A program made the position numbers and the translations under genes. From an uncultured Candidatus Binatia bacterium (lineage in GTDB: Bacteria > Desulfobacterota > Binatia > UBA9968 > JAJDTQ01): DNA of 64,000 bases. The stretch lies in assembly GCA_965242525.1 (NCBI GenBank), contig OZ251459.1:352001-416000 (forward strand), in the 5' to 3' direction. The notes beneath the pieces were generated by a model. The model saw nothing but the letters and a program-made list of their open reading frames with translations. It ran no database searches and had not been told where the DNA came from. Each line of letters opens with the position of its first letter. Within the stretch, counting starts at the first letter, position 1. This document shows positions 47,128-56,097 of the stretch, piece after piece.

Positions 47128-48110
47128 AGCAGCAGGAAGAAGTCCTCGATGGGGACCTGGAGGTCGTCCTTGCCGTTGACCAGCAGCATGGGGGCGCAGG
47201 GCTTGTCCAGCCAGCCCTGGTCCTTGAGGGAAAGCACGGGCATGACCTCGACGAGTTCCTCGAAGGTCTTTCTGCCGAACAGCCGGGCCCGGGCTTCGAT
47301 GAGGTCGAAGAGGTAGGACGAGGCGTTGCGGGACCGCTGCTGCCACTCCGGCTGGAAGAACCCGTGTATGCCGCCGCCCCAGTTGACCGCGGCGCAGAGA
47401 CGTTCCGGCTCCACGTGGGCCATCTTGGTGGACCAGTAGCCGCCGAAGCTGGCCCCCAGCACGGCGATGCGGGCTGCGTCCACTTCCGGTCGGGCCGCCA
47501 GGTAGTCCAGGGCCGCGCAATAGACCTCGTGGGCGGTCTCGGAGGCGGGCACAGGGGACTCGCCGGTGCCGGGGCCGTCCATGATGAAGCAGCCCCAGCC
47601 CTCGGCCAGCAGCGACTCCACGAAGCCGTGGCGTTCTTCCTTCCAGTTGTCGATGCCGCCCCAGTGGAGGACGAGCGGCGCGGGCCGCCCCGCGGGAAGG
47701 CGCAGGTAGCCGACTACCTCCCGGTCGCGCAGGGGGACGGCGACGCGCTCCAGCGGGGGGTCGAAGTAGCGCGAGGCGGCGAGGTAGCTCTCGATGGTCT
47801 TGCGATAGGCCTCCTGCTTGCCGGGAGAGCCGGGGAACGGGTGGCGTCCGGCGCCGTAATACGCCGCGGCCCGGAGGTACGCCCGTTTCGCCTCCTCGTC
47901 CAACCCCCGGGACTCGGCCTCCCGGGCGGCCTCCTCCCAGCGGGCGCCGGGCCGGCTCCACGCCTCGGCCCAGTGGTCCGGGTCCAGGCTCTCCAGCGCG
48001 GACAGCGCCTCCTCGGCTTCGCCCGGGTCCATCAGGTGGAACGGGCTGCGTTTGCCCACGCGCTTGCGAATGCGGTCCTTGACCTCGTCGAGGGTTGCGG
48101 CCTCGGCCAT
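47013..48110 (-). CDS. Alpha/beta hydrolase (FrsA/2,6-dihydroxypseudooxynicotine hydrolase-like)
   Basis: GGID.WKEE, DGPGTGES, nucleophile GASFGG, NGKDD and GGH motifs; GGAGGA RBS. Confidence 0.85.
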   Translation of the reverse strand: MAEAATLDEVKDRIRKRVGKRSPFHLMDPGEAEEALSALESLDPDHWAEAWSRPGARWEEAAREAESRGLDEEAKRAYLRAAAYYGAGRHPFPGSPGKQEAYRKTIESYLAASRYFDPPLERVAVPLRDREVVGYLRLPAGRPAPLVLHWGGIDNWKEERHGFVESLLAEGWGCFIMDGPGTGESPVPASETAHEVYCAALDYLAARPEVDAARIAVLGASFGGYWSTKMAHVEPERLCAAVNWGGGIHGFFQPEWQQRSRNASSYLFDLIEARARLFGRKTFEELVEVMPVLSLKDQGWLDKPCAPMLLVNGKDDLQVPIEDFFLLLEHGDPKAMRLFPGGHMGESPDVFPTILRWLHRRLDAS

Positions 48111-48184
48111 GGGATCGTCCTCCGATCGTTCCGGGCGGAGTTGCCGGTTCGGGCTCCCCGCCGGCGTCCGGTCGAGAATATCAC
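47889..48184. repeat. Direct repeat C, copy 1 (hydrolase 5' end plus upstream region); pairs with 50078-50372
   Basis: About 296 bp, a few substitutions plus a 1-bp indel. Confidence 0.92.
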
Positions 48185-48400
48185 GGGGTTTTCCAAGATA
48201 ACTCCAACCCCTTGAAATCCTTGAGGTTTCTCTTACATCGGACCGCCCGCCCCTGTCAAGCGGAAAGTGTGGGAAAATCCGTCCACGGGGAAGGTTCCGG
48301 GGACCTCGCGGGCGCCGTCTCCGCGGTCCGTCCAGGGTCCGCGGTCCGTCTTCGATGGCAAGGTCCGGGGCGCGGTGGGGTCATGCCGGACCAGGGTTCG

Positions 48401-50011
48401 TCACTCTTCCCTGGAGCCTCCGAAAGCACCTGCGAGGTTGTAGCGGTCCACTGTCCCGCCCATGGCCTGATACTCGCTTCCGAGAAAGCGTCCGCTAACC
48501 TCACTGTTGGCGTCCGCAAACGCCCCTCCGTCGTCAATCGAAACCCTGTAGTCCAGTTCCCCGTCGCCCTCCCACAAGGCCATGTCATCCTGGTAACGAA
48601 CGTCATCGAACGACAGGTTGTGGGAACCCCGGTAAACACGCGACAGATCAACGGTCAACCTTGCGTTGCCGTTCACCCCCCTTGCGGCGTGGAACCCCAC
48701 CATTTCACCCGTCCATGCGGCAGTCCCCGAAGCGCCATGATAATCGGCCAACCGCCCAAGACTTCCGACACCTTCCCATCCCGCGGTGATTACTCCATCG
48801 TCATAAGTCGCCCGGAAGTCCACAACCCCATCCCTTGAGCTCCCCGTCAAGGAATACCGGCCCGTATCTCTCCACGGCCTCAAGCCGTCTTGGCCGTCCA
48901 GGTACAGGAAATGAACCGCGGCAGCGTCAACCTGGGGCAGCTTTCCGCCGAAAGCGGCATACTCATAATTCATGAGAGAGAGGGTTTCCCAGGGCTCGGT
49001 GTTCAGGTGGCCGTGGAACCCGAGCGCGTGCACCAGTTCATGCAATACGACTCGTGCATGAAGGCCCCTCGAGCCCCTGTATTCCGGGTCTATCGTGTCT
49101 GGAAGGACAATGATGCCTCTTTCGTTCCCTCGATAGCCATGATGAAAGAAAGAGTAACTTCGGTCGGAAACGGGAGCCAGAAATTCCCGAATCCTCCCCG
49201 GCGATGCGAAGTAAACCAGTATGCTTCCCCTTCTCAGCACGAGCCCGTCGTAAAAGATGTTGTTTTGCAATTCGTACGGTTCGTAGTAAAGGAAAACGTT
49301 GGCCTTGCGAATCCAATCGTCGTCGATCGAAGGCGTCCCCGACAGATCCCCGGCCACCCGGACGGACCTGCCGGACGGAAGCACCCGGTTCAATTCCCTT
49401 ACGCCCTGCCTGAGCGCATTCCTTCCCGCAGTATTGCCCCTGTCACTTGCGGCAAAGAAAACATTGACGGTCGATTGTGACATGGCCTCCACTGAACCAT
49501 CATCTTCGTCATCTCGCGTCCTGATACCGTCATAATACCGTTTCAACAGTCCCCTCGACACTTGCGAACGAATGCTGCCTTCCCATTCGATCGCGAGCGC
49601 GCCGCCCGTAGTTTCAGCAACATCCCCCATGACGGCAACGACGTTACAGTCCGCGCCGCCGGCTGGACAGGCAAGCGTGGAACTCATGGTGTCGGTGTCG
49701 AGAACCATCCGGCTCCCGCCCGCGGGGACAACGCCTTCCGTCAGGCTGTGACCCGTGGGCAGGTTGATGCATGACGGGGGGAAGCAGACATGACCCGAAG
49801 GCAAGATGACTACAGGCGCCGGCGGAGTTGGCGCAGGTTCAGGTTCAGGCTCCGGTCCAGGCGCCGGCGGCGGTGTCGGCGCCGGCGTTGGCGTCATGGA
49901 GACGCCCTTGCCGCCGCCGCACCCTGCCAGCATCAACGCGCCTGCTACCGCCAACGCCAGGATATTTCTCCGCCCCCTGCGGCGCGTCACCCGGATGTAC
50001 GGCTCCCACAT
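48401..50011 (-). CDS. Lipoprotein: Pro-rich linker, metzincin-like protease domain, TbpB-like C-terminal beta-barrel
   Basis: Lipobox LAG-C; PTPAPTPPPAPGPEPEPEP linker; HELVHALGFHGH plus SLMNY Met-turn; C-terminal GTAAWTGEMVG...VSGRFLG...AGAFGG; visibly lower GC. Confidence 0.7.
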   Translation of the reverse strand: MWEPYIRVTRRRGRRNILALAVAGALMLAGCGGGKGVSMTPTPAPTPPPAPGPEPEPEPAPTPPAPVVILPSGHVCFPPSCINLPTGHSLTEGVVPAGGSRMVLDTDTMSSTLACPAGGADCNVVAVMGDVAETTGGALAIEWEGSIRSQVSRGLLKRYYDGIRTRDDEDDGSVEAMSQSTVNVFFAASDRGNTAGRNALRQGVRELNRVLPSGRSVRVAGDLSGTPSIDDDWIRKANVFLYYEPYELQNNIFYDGLVLRRGSILVYFASPGRIREFLAPVSDRSYSFFHHGYRGNERGIIVLPDTIDPEYRGSRGLHARVVLHELVHALGFHGHLNTEPWETLSLMNYEYAAFGGKLPQVDAAAVHFLYLDGQDGLRPWRDTGRYSLTGSSRDGVVDFRATYDDGVITAGWEGVGSLGRLADYHGASGTAAWTGEMVGFHAARGVNGNARLTVDLSRVYRGSHNLSFDDVRYQDDMALWEGDGELDYRVSIDDGGAFADANSEVSGRFLGSEYQAMGGTVDRYNLAGAFGGSREE

Positions 50012-50077
50012 GTCCGTGGCCACCGTCTTCACCCCCTCCCGCTCTTCCCGCTCGAACTGCTCGTGGAACTCCCGCAG
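49985..50077 (-). mobile_element. Short ISL3-family transposase remnant
   Basis: Translates LREFHEQFEREEREGVKTVATDMWEPYIRVTRR, matching the ISL3 'VAMDMWxPY' DDE segment. Confidence 0.55.
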
Positions 50078-50372
50078 CGCCTCCTCGTCCAACCCCCGGA
50101 CTCGGCCTCCCGGGCGGCCTCCTCCCGGCGGGCGCCGGGCCGGCTCCACGCCTCGGCCCAGTGGTCCGGGTCCGGGCGCTCCAGCGCGGACAGCGCCTCT
50201 TCGGCTTCGCCCGGGTCCATCAGGTGGAACGGGCTGCGTTTGCCCACGCGCTTGCGAATGCGGTCCTCGACCTCTTCGAGGGTTGCGGCCTCGGCCATGG
50301 GATCGTCCTCCGATCGTTCCGGGCGAAGTTGCCGGTCCGGGCTCCCCGCCGGCGTCCGGTTGAGAATATCAC
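50078..50372. repeat. Direct repeat C, copy 2, carrying a truncated and frameshifted hydrolase 5' fragment (ATG at 50298)
   Basis: MAEAATLEEVEDRIRKRVGKRSPFHLMDP... duplicates the start of 47013-48110; one G is missing near 50099. Confidence 0.9.
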
Positions 50373-50414
50373 CGTTTCGTAATACAGAGTATCGGGCGAG
50401 GGGAGGCGGAACCC

Positions 50415-50747
50415 ATGACGAAAGAGGAGCATTACCATCGAGGCATGGAGTCCTACGCCGACGACCGGGTGGAGGAGGCCATCGACGCCTACCGGAAGGC
50501 CCTCGCCGAAGACCCGGACTATGCCGACGCCCTGCACGCCCTGGGGATGGCCTGCGCGAACCTGGGCCGCCTGGACGAGGCCATCGACGCGGGCAAGCGT
50601 CTGGTGGAGGTCAGCCCCGACGACGAGCTGGCTTACACGAGCCTTTCCATCTTCTACCAGCGCAAGGGGATGATCGAGGAGGCCGAAGCGGTGGGCGCCC
50701 GGGCCAGGACCCTGGGGTGGAAACGGCAGCTCGCCGAGAAGGAGTAG
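50415..50747 (+). CDS. TPR-repeat protein
   Basis: EAIDAYRKALAEDP and EAIDAGKRLVEVSP repeats; GGAGG RBS. Confidence 0.85.
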   Translation: MTKEEHYHRGMESYADDRVEEAIDAYRKALAEDPDYADALHALGMACANLGRLDEAIDAGKRLVEVSPDDELAYTSLSIFYQRKGMIEEAEAVGARARTLGWKRQLAEKE

Positions 50748-50820
50748 CCGCGGCGGACGCTCCATGGCCGGGCCGGGGACCGGCGCCCCGGGACGGGCGG
50801 TCCGCGAAGAAGGGACACGC

Positions 50821-51756
50821 ATGAACCTGGACAGCATTTCCGTGGAGTCCATCCGCGATTCCCTGAGGGAGCGCAAGTACATCTGCGACCGGAGCCTGGC
50901 CACGGTGGTCTATCTGTCGGTGAAGCTGGGCAAGCCGGTGCTGCTCGAAGGCGAAGCGGGCGTGGGCAAGACCGAGATCGCCAAGGTGCTCTCGGACGTC
51001 CTCGACACCCGGCTGATCCGGCTCCAGTGCTATGAAGGACTGGACGCCAACACCGCGCTGTACGAGTGGAACTACCCGAAGCAGATGCTGCGGATCAAGC
51101 TGGAGGAGGTGGGTTCCCGGGACCGGGAGGCGCTGGAGACGCAGATCTTCTCGGAGGAGTACCTCATCAGCCGCCCGCTGCTCGACGCCATCCGCACCGA
51201 CGGCGCCGCTCCCCCGGTGCTGCTCATCGACGAGATCGACCGGGCGGACATGGAGTTCGAGGCGTTCCTGCTGGAGGTGCTCTCGGACTTCCAGATCAGC
51301 ATCCCGGAGGTCGGCACCATCCGCGCCCGCCGGCGTCCCTACGTCTTCCTGACCTCCAACCGCACCCGGGAGATCCACGACGCCCTCAAGCGCCGCTGCC
51401 TCTACCACTGGATCGAGTACCCCGCGTTCGACAAGGAGTACGAGATCGTCATGACCAAGTACCCGGAGATCCGGACCCTGCTGGCGGAGCAGATCTGCGC
51501 GTTCATGCAACAGGTGAGGCAGATGAACTTCTACAAGCGTCCGGGGGTGGCCGAGACCCTGGATTGGGCGTCCGCCCTGTTGCTGCTGAACCGCGCCGAG
51601 CTGGACCCCGAGATCGTGAAGGAGACCGTGGGCTGCGTGTTCAAGTACCGGGAGGACCTGCACCACCTGGAGGAAGAGCTGTCCGGCGACAAGCTCGACA
51701 TGGACCGGATAATCGAGGAACCCGCCTCGGTGGCGGGCGAGGCGGGACGCCGGTGA
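50821..51756 (+). CDS. MoxR/CoxD-type AAA+ ATPase
   Basis: GEAGVGKT, RLQCYEGLD...ALYEWNY, LLIDEIDRAD and TSNRTREIHDALKRRC motifs. Confidence 0.9.
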   Translation: MNLDSISVESIRDSLRERKYICDRSLATVVYLSVKLGKPVLLEGEAGVGKTEIAKVLSDVLDTRLIRLQCYEGLDANTALYEWNYPKQMLRIKLEEVGSRDREALETQIFSEEYLISRPLLDAIRTDGAAPPVLLIDEIDRADMEFEAFLLEVLSDFQISIPEVGTIRARRRPYVFLTSNRTREIHDALKRRCLYHWIEYPAFDKEYEIVMTKYPEIRTLLAEQICAFMQQVRQMNFYKRPGVAETLDWASALLLLNRAELDPEIVKETVGCVFKYREDLHHLEEELSGDKLDMDRIIEEPASVAGEAGRR

Positions 51757-51781
51757 CGCGGAAGGACCTTCGGGATCGGCC

Positions 51782-53002
51782 ATGGCGAGAGAACTGACGG
51801 ACGAAGAGGTCCTCCGCGCGGTGGAACGCTACCAGCCCCTGCGGGGCCGGGGCACCCTCGCCAACATCCTGATGTTCGGACGGGTGCTCAAGGACCTGGA
51901 TTTCCGGGTCGGCCTGAGCCAGGTCATCGACGCCAACCGGTGCCTGCCGCTCATCGACATCCGGCGCCGGCCCGACTTCCACCGGGCGCTTTCCGCCAAC
52001 CTCCTCCACGACCGGGAGGAGATGGCGCTGTTCGACCGGGTGTTCGAGGCTTTCTGGCAGGGGGACATGGAGATGGATCCTGCCATGGAGACCATGGAGG
52101 TCCCGGCCGGGAACCTGGACGACGCCCCGGACCCGTCGGACGACGGCGGCGGCGACATGGAAGAGACCGCGGCGGAGCAGGAGAGCGCGGGCGACCCCGG
52201 CGCCGACGACCCCGAGCCCGTGCAGGTCCCCGCCTATAGCCCCAACGAGCAGTTGCACGAGAAGGACTTCAGCGAGATGGGCATCGAGGAGAGCCGCGCG
52301 GTGAGCCAGGCGATCCTGCTCATCGCCTCGAAGATCGCCACCCAGGTGAGCCGTCGCAAGAAGCGCGCGCGCCGGGGCGTGGAGATCGACCCCCGCGGCA
52401 CCATGCGGCGCAACGTCAAGTACGGCGGCGAGCTGGTGGAGCTGGTGGCGCGGAAGCGGCGCATCAAGAAGACCCGGGTGGTGCTGCTGTGCGACGTGAG
52501 CGGCTCCATGGACTGTTACAGCCGTTTCCTCATCCAGTTCATGTACGGCCTGCAGAACGAGCTGTGGGGGGTGGAGACGTTCGTGTTCAGCACCACGCTC
52601 AGCCGCATCACCCACCTGATCCGGACCAAGAACATCGGCAACGCCCTGGAGAAGATCTCCCGGAGCGTCCTGGGCTGGTCCGGCGGCACCAACATCGGGC
52701 GCTCGCTGGAGGTCTTCAACCGGGACCACGCGGTCAGCATGGTGACGCACCGGACCGTGGTGGTCATCATCAGCGACGGCTGGGACCGGGGGGACGTGGG
52801 CGTCCTCGAACGGCAGATGCAGGCCCTCAAGCGGCGCTGCGGCAAGATGATCTGGTTGAACCCGCTGCTGGCCAGCGAGAACTACGAGCCCCTGTGCAAG
52901 GGCATGCAGGCGGCGCTGCCGTACCTGGACCTGTTCCTGTCCGCCCACAACGTGAGCAGCCTGGTCCATCTCGGCCACACCATGCGCCGGCTGGTGGCGT
53001 AG
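51782..53002 (+). CDS. CoxE-like VWA domain protein
   Basis: MIDAS CDVSGSM, WSGGTNIG, ISDGWD and IWLNPL motifs. Confidence 0.9.
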   Translation: MARELTDEEVLRAVERYQPLRGRGTLANILMFGRVLKDLDFRVGLSQVIDANRCLPLIDIRRRPDFHRALSANLLHDREEMALFDRVFEAFWQGDMEMDPAMETMEVPAGNLDDAPDPSDDGGGDMEETAAEQESAGDPGADDPEPVQVPAYSPNEQLHEKDFSEMGIEESRAVSQAILLIASKIATQVSRRKKRARRGVEIDPRGTMRRNVKYGGELVELVARKRRIKKTRVVLLCDVSGSMDCYSRFLIQFMYGLQNELWGVETFVFSTTLSRITHLIRTKNIGNALEKISRSVLGWSGGTNIGRSLEVFNRDHAVSMVTHRTVVVIISDGWDRGDVGVLERQMQALKRRCGKMIWLNPLLASENYEPLCKGMQAALPYLDLFLSAHNVSSLVHLGHTMRRLVA

Positions 53003-53081
53003 GGACGCGCCGGGCGCGCAGGCAGGAGACGCGCCGGGCCGGCGCCGGGCGCGGTCTTGCGGCTCCACCAAGGAGGCACAC

Positions 53082-53411
53082 ATGGATTCCGTGTACGAAG
53101 ACGTGAAGGAGTTCCTCGACAAGGGCGAGACGGTGGCGGTGGCCACCATCGTCTCCACCCGGGGCTCCACGCCTCGGGAGGTGGGCGCCAAGATGGTGGT
53201 GACGGCCTGGGGCGAGATCCTGGGCACCATCGGCGGCGGCTGCGGCGAGGCCGACGTCCGGCGCGAGGCCATCGAGGTGGTGCGGACCCGGAAGCCCCGC
53301 ACCGTGCGCGTGGACCTGCTGGACGACATCTCCTCGGACAGTCCGGCGGTGTGCGGCGGTATCATGAACGTCTTCATCGACCCCTGGTGGAAGGACGAGG
53401 ATGGCGACTGA
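53082..53411 (+). CDS. XdhC/CoxI N-terminal domain protein
   Basis: GSTPREVGAKM, GTIGGGCGE and CGG motifs. Confidence 0.85.
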   Translation: MDSVYEDVKEFLDKGETVAVATIVSTRGSTPREVGAKMVVTAWGEILGTIGGGCGEADVRREAIEVVRTRKPRTVRVDLLDDISSDSPAVCGGIMNVFIDPWWKDEDGD

Positions 53412-53482
53412 CGGGCGGGCGACCCGCGGGCGCCTCGCCGGGGGCGGGTTCCGGGCGCGGCGCGCCACAAGGTGAAGGACGC

Positions 53483-54253
53483 ATGGACGCACTGGTTCGG
53501 GAGCTGATCGAGGTCAGGCGCGGCGGCGCGGCCGCGGTGCTGGCCACCGTGGTGGAGTCCCGGGGCCTGGACGGGTTCGGCAGCGGCGCCAAGTGCCTGG
53601 TCCGGGATGGCAGGATCGTCCTGGGGGCGCCGCCGGACCCGGAACTGGAGCGGACGCTGCTCCGGGAAGCGGCCGCGCGGCTCTCGGAGGAGCGCTCCGG
53701 GCTCGTGTCCGTGGAGACCGGGTCCGGCGGGCAGGCGGACGTCTTCCTGGAGGTGATGCCGTCGCCGCCGAAGCTGGTGGTGGTGGGGGCGGGGCACATC
53801 GCCGTGCCCCTGGTGAAGATGGCCAAGCTCATGGACTACCACGTGGTGGTCATCGACGACCGCATCCTGTTCGCCAACCGCGAACGGTTCCCGGAAGCCG
53901 ACGAGGTGGTGGTGGGCGACATGGCCCGGACCGTGAAGGAGCTCGACGTCACGCCTTCCACCTACGTGGTCCTCATCACCCGGGGCCACAAGTACGACGA
54001 GCCCTGCCTGCGGGAGCTGCTCCACCGCCCGGCCAGGTACATCGGCATGATCGGCAGCAAGAGGCGGATCAAGGCCTGCTTCGAGAGGTTCAAGGCGGAG
54101 GAAGACGTCTCCGAAGACCTCATTTCCCGGGTGTACGCGCCCATCGGGCTGGACATCGGCACGGAGACGCCGGAGGAGATCGGGTTGTGCATCCTGGGCG
54201 AGATCATCAAGGTCCGGCGCGGCGGAAAGGCGCAGTCCCTCTCCGGGAAGTAG
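53483..54253 (+). CDS. XdhC/CoxF family protein (Rossmann C-terminal domain)
   Basis: VGAGHIA, DDR, TRGHKYD, YIGMIGSKRR and PIGLDIGTETPEEI motifs. Confidence 0.9.
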   Translation: MDALVRELIEVRRGGAAAVLATVVESRGLDGFGSGAKCLVRDGRIVLGAPPDPELERTLLREAAARLSEERSGLVSVETGSGGQADVFLEVMPSPPKLVVVGAGHIAVPLVKMAKLMDYHVVVIDDRILFANRERFPEADEVVVGDMARTVKELDVTPSTYVVLITRGHKYDEPCLRELLHRPARYIGMIGSKRRIKACFERFKAEEDVSEDLISRVYAPIGLDIGTETPEEIGLCILGEIIKVRRGGKAQSLSGK

Positions 54254-54262
54254 CGGCCGCGG

Positions 54263-54685
54263 GTGGAGGGTTCCCGCCACATCCTGGTGAAGGGGGTGGT
54301 GTTCTCGGACCTGGGCCGGGCAGGGGAGTTCCTGAGGCTCGACTGGGTGCGGGACGCCATCCGGGAGAGTGTCGGCTTCGACCCCTTTCCCGGCACGCTG
54401 AACATGCGGGTCCGGGGGGAGGACCTGGGGCGGTGGGAGCAGGTCCGGCGCAGCGGCGAAAAGATCGTCCTGCCGTCGCCCGACCCCGCCTTCTGCAACG
54501 CGTTCCTGCTCACGGGCTCCCTGTGGGGATGGGGCGCGTCGGAGTCGCGCGAACGGGTGGCGGTGGTGGCGCCGGAGGTGGAGGACTACCCCGGCGACAA
54601 GCTGGAGGTGGTCGCCGCGGTCTCGTTGAAGCAGACCCGCTCGGTGCGGGACGGCGACGAGTTGACCGTGGCGTTCGGGGCGTGA
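54263..54685 (+). CDS. Archaeal-type CTP-dependent riboflavin kinase (DUF120)
   Basis: G.VFS.LG.AG.F, GFDPFPGTLN, LEVVA..SL and DGD motifs; GTG start. Confidence 0.75.
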   Translation: MEGSRHILVKGVVFSDLGRAGEFLRLDWVRDAIRESVGFDPFPGTLNMRVRGEDLGRWEQVRRSGEKIVLPSPDPAFCNAFLLTGSLWGWGASESRERVAVVAPEVEDYPGDKLEVVAAVSLKQTRSVRDGDELTVAFGA

Positions 54686-54758
54686 CCCGGACCGGCGCCG
54701 GGAACGGCGCGAGGCGGGGCGCGCGCCGCCCCGGGACAGTTACAGGAGGTAAGTCCAC

Positions 54759-55352
54759 ATGCGCCGTCTCATCGTAGGCATGTCGGGCGCCACGGGCTCG
54801 ATCTTCGGCATCCGCATCCTCCAGGTGCTGGCGCCGATCCCGGACATCGAGACCCATCTGGTCATGAGCAAGGCCGCCAAGATGACCCTCCAGGTGGAGA
54901 CGCCGCATTCGGTGAAGGAAGTGGAGGAGATGGCGGACGTGGCGCACGACATCAACAACGTGGGGGCCAGCATCGCCAGCGGCTCCTTCCGCACCGCGGG
55001 CATGGTCATCGCGCCGTGCTCCATGAAGTCCATGGGCGGCATCGTGCTCTCGGTGGGGGGGGACCTGCTGGTGCGGGCCGCGGACGTGATCCTCAAGGAG
55101 CGCAGGAAGCTCGTGCTGGTGGCGCGCGAGACCCCCCTGCACCTGGGCCACCTGGAGAGCATGGCCACGCTCACGCGCATGGGCGCGGTGGTCTTTCCGC
55201 CCGTGCCCGCCTTCTACCACCGCCCCAAGACCCTGGACGACGTGATCGACCAGACGGTGGCGCGGATCCTGGACCAGTTCGAGGTGGAGACGGACATGTT
55301 CAAGAGGTGGAACGAAGAGTCCCTGAGCCGCTACCCCGGGGCCGGGGAATGA
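54759..55352 (+). CDS. ubiX: Flavin prenyltransferase
   Basis: GMSGATG, ASIASGSF, APCSMK, RAADV.LKERR.LVL..RETPL and PPVPAFY motifs. Confidence 0.95.
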   Translation: MRRLIVGMSGATGSIFGIRILQVLAPIPDIETHLVMSKAAKMTLQVETPHSVKEVEEMADVAHDINNVGASIASGSFRTAGMVIAPCSMKSMGGIVLSVGGDLLVRAADVILKERRKLVLVARETPLHLGHLESMATLTRMGAVVFPPVPAFYHRPKTLDDVIDQTVARILDQFEVETDMFKRWNEESLSRYPGAGE

Positions 55353-55402
55353 AATGATGCGGAGGCGGCCCTTCGAGGCGCGCCTTCCCATGCGGTCTTC
55401 AC

Positions 55403-55888
55403 ATGGCCGATCTCGAAGAACAGGTCCTCGAATACCTGCAGACCCATAACACCGTGACCCTCGGCACGTGCCGGGAGGGGCTGCCGTGGAACGCCACGGT
55501 GTTCTACGCCAGCGACGGGCTCCACCTCTATTTCTTCTCGGCGCCGGACTCGCGCCACTGCTCCAACCTGGCGGAGAACCCCCGGGTGGCGGCGACCGTA
55601 CAGGAAGACTACCGGGACTGGCGCGAGATCAAGGGCATCCAGCTCGAAGGGACGGTGGAACTCGTGGATTCGGTGGCGGCCAAGGCCAAGGCCCTGGCGG
55701 TCTATGCGCGCAAGTACCCGGGGGTCGTCAAGCTGTTCACGGACCCCGGCAGCGGCGTCTATCACCGGGCGTTCCTCAAGGTGAAGTTCTACCGCGTGGT
55801 TCCCGAGAGGTTGTACTACATCGACAACCGGCAAGGGTTCGGCAAGAGGCAGGAGCTGGCTCTGGGCGGGCGCGCGGACGCGGGTTGA
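55403..55888 (+). CDS. Pyridoxamine 5'-phosphate oxidase-like FMN-binding split-barrel protein
   Basis: PWNATVFYA, SRH..NL..NPRVA, IKGIQLEG and IDN..GFG motifs. Confidence 0.8.
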   Translation: MADLEEQVLEYLQTHNTVTLGTCREGLPWNATVFYASDGLHLYFFSAPDSRHCSNLAENPRVAATVQEDYRDWREIKGIQLEGTVELVDSVAAKAKALAVYARKYPGVVKLFTDPGSGVYHRAFLKVKFYRVVPERLYYIDNRQGFGKRQELALGGRADAG

Positions 55889-55906
55889 CGTGCCCCTGAA
55901 CGATCG

Positions 55907-56032
55907 TCCCCGTTCGTCCGTGTCCCCGTTCGTCCTGAGCGTAGCGTAGCGGAGTCGAAGGACGCGCTTTCCCGAAGGACGGGCTTTCCCACGGGGAGAT
56001 GGAGTTCGAGCCGGGATCCATCGGACGTTCCT
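55907..56032. repeat. MITE/REP-like family copy
   Basis: Core at about 55926-55963 plus the CTTTCCCACGGGGAGA extension. Confidence 0.75.
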
Positions 56033-56097
56033 CGACATCTTCGGACCGCGGCCGACGGCGCGCCCACAGGGAAACGCGCGCAAGGGAGGAGGATCTC

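Noticed and set aside
40471-50077. Integron cassette array or prophage
   Set aside because: No integrase, attC-like sites or phage genes; the flanking repeats are copies of host coding sequence.
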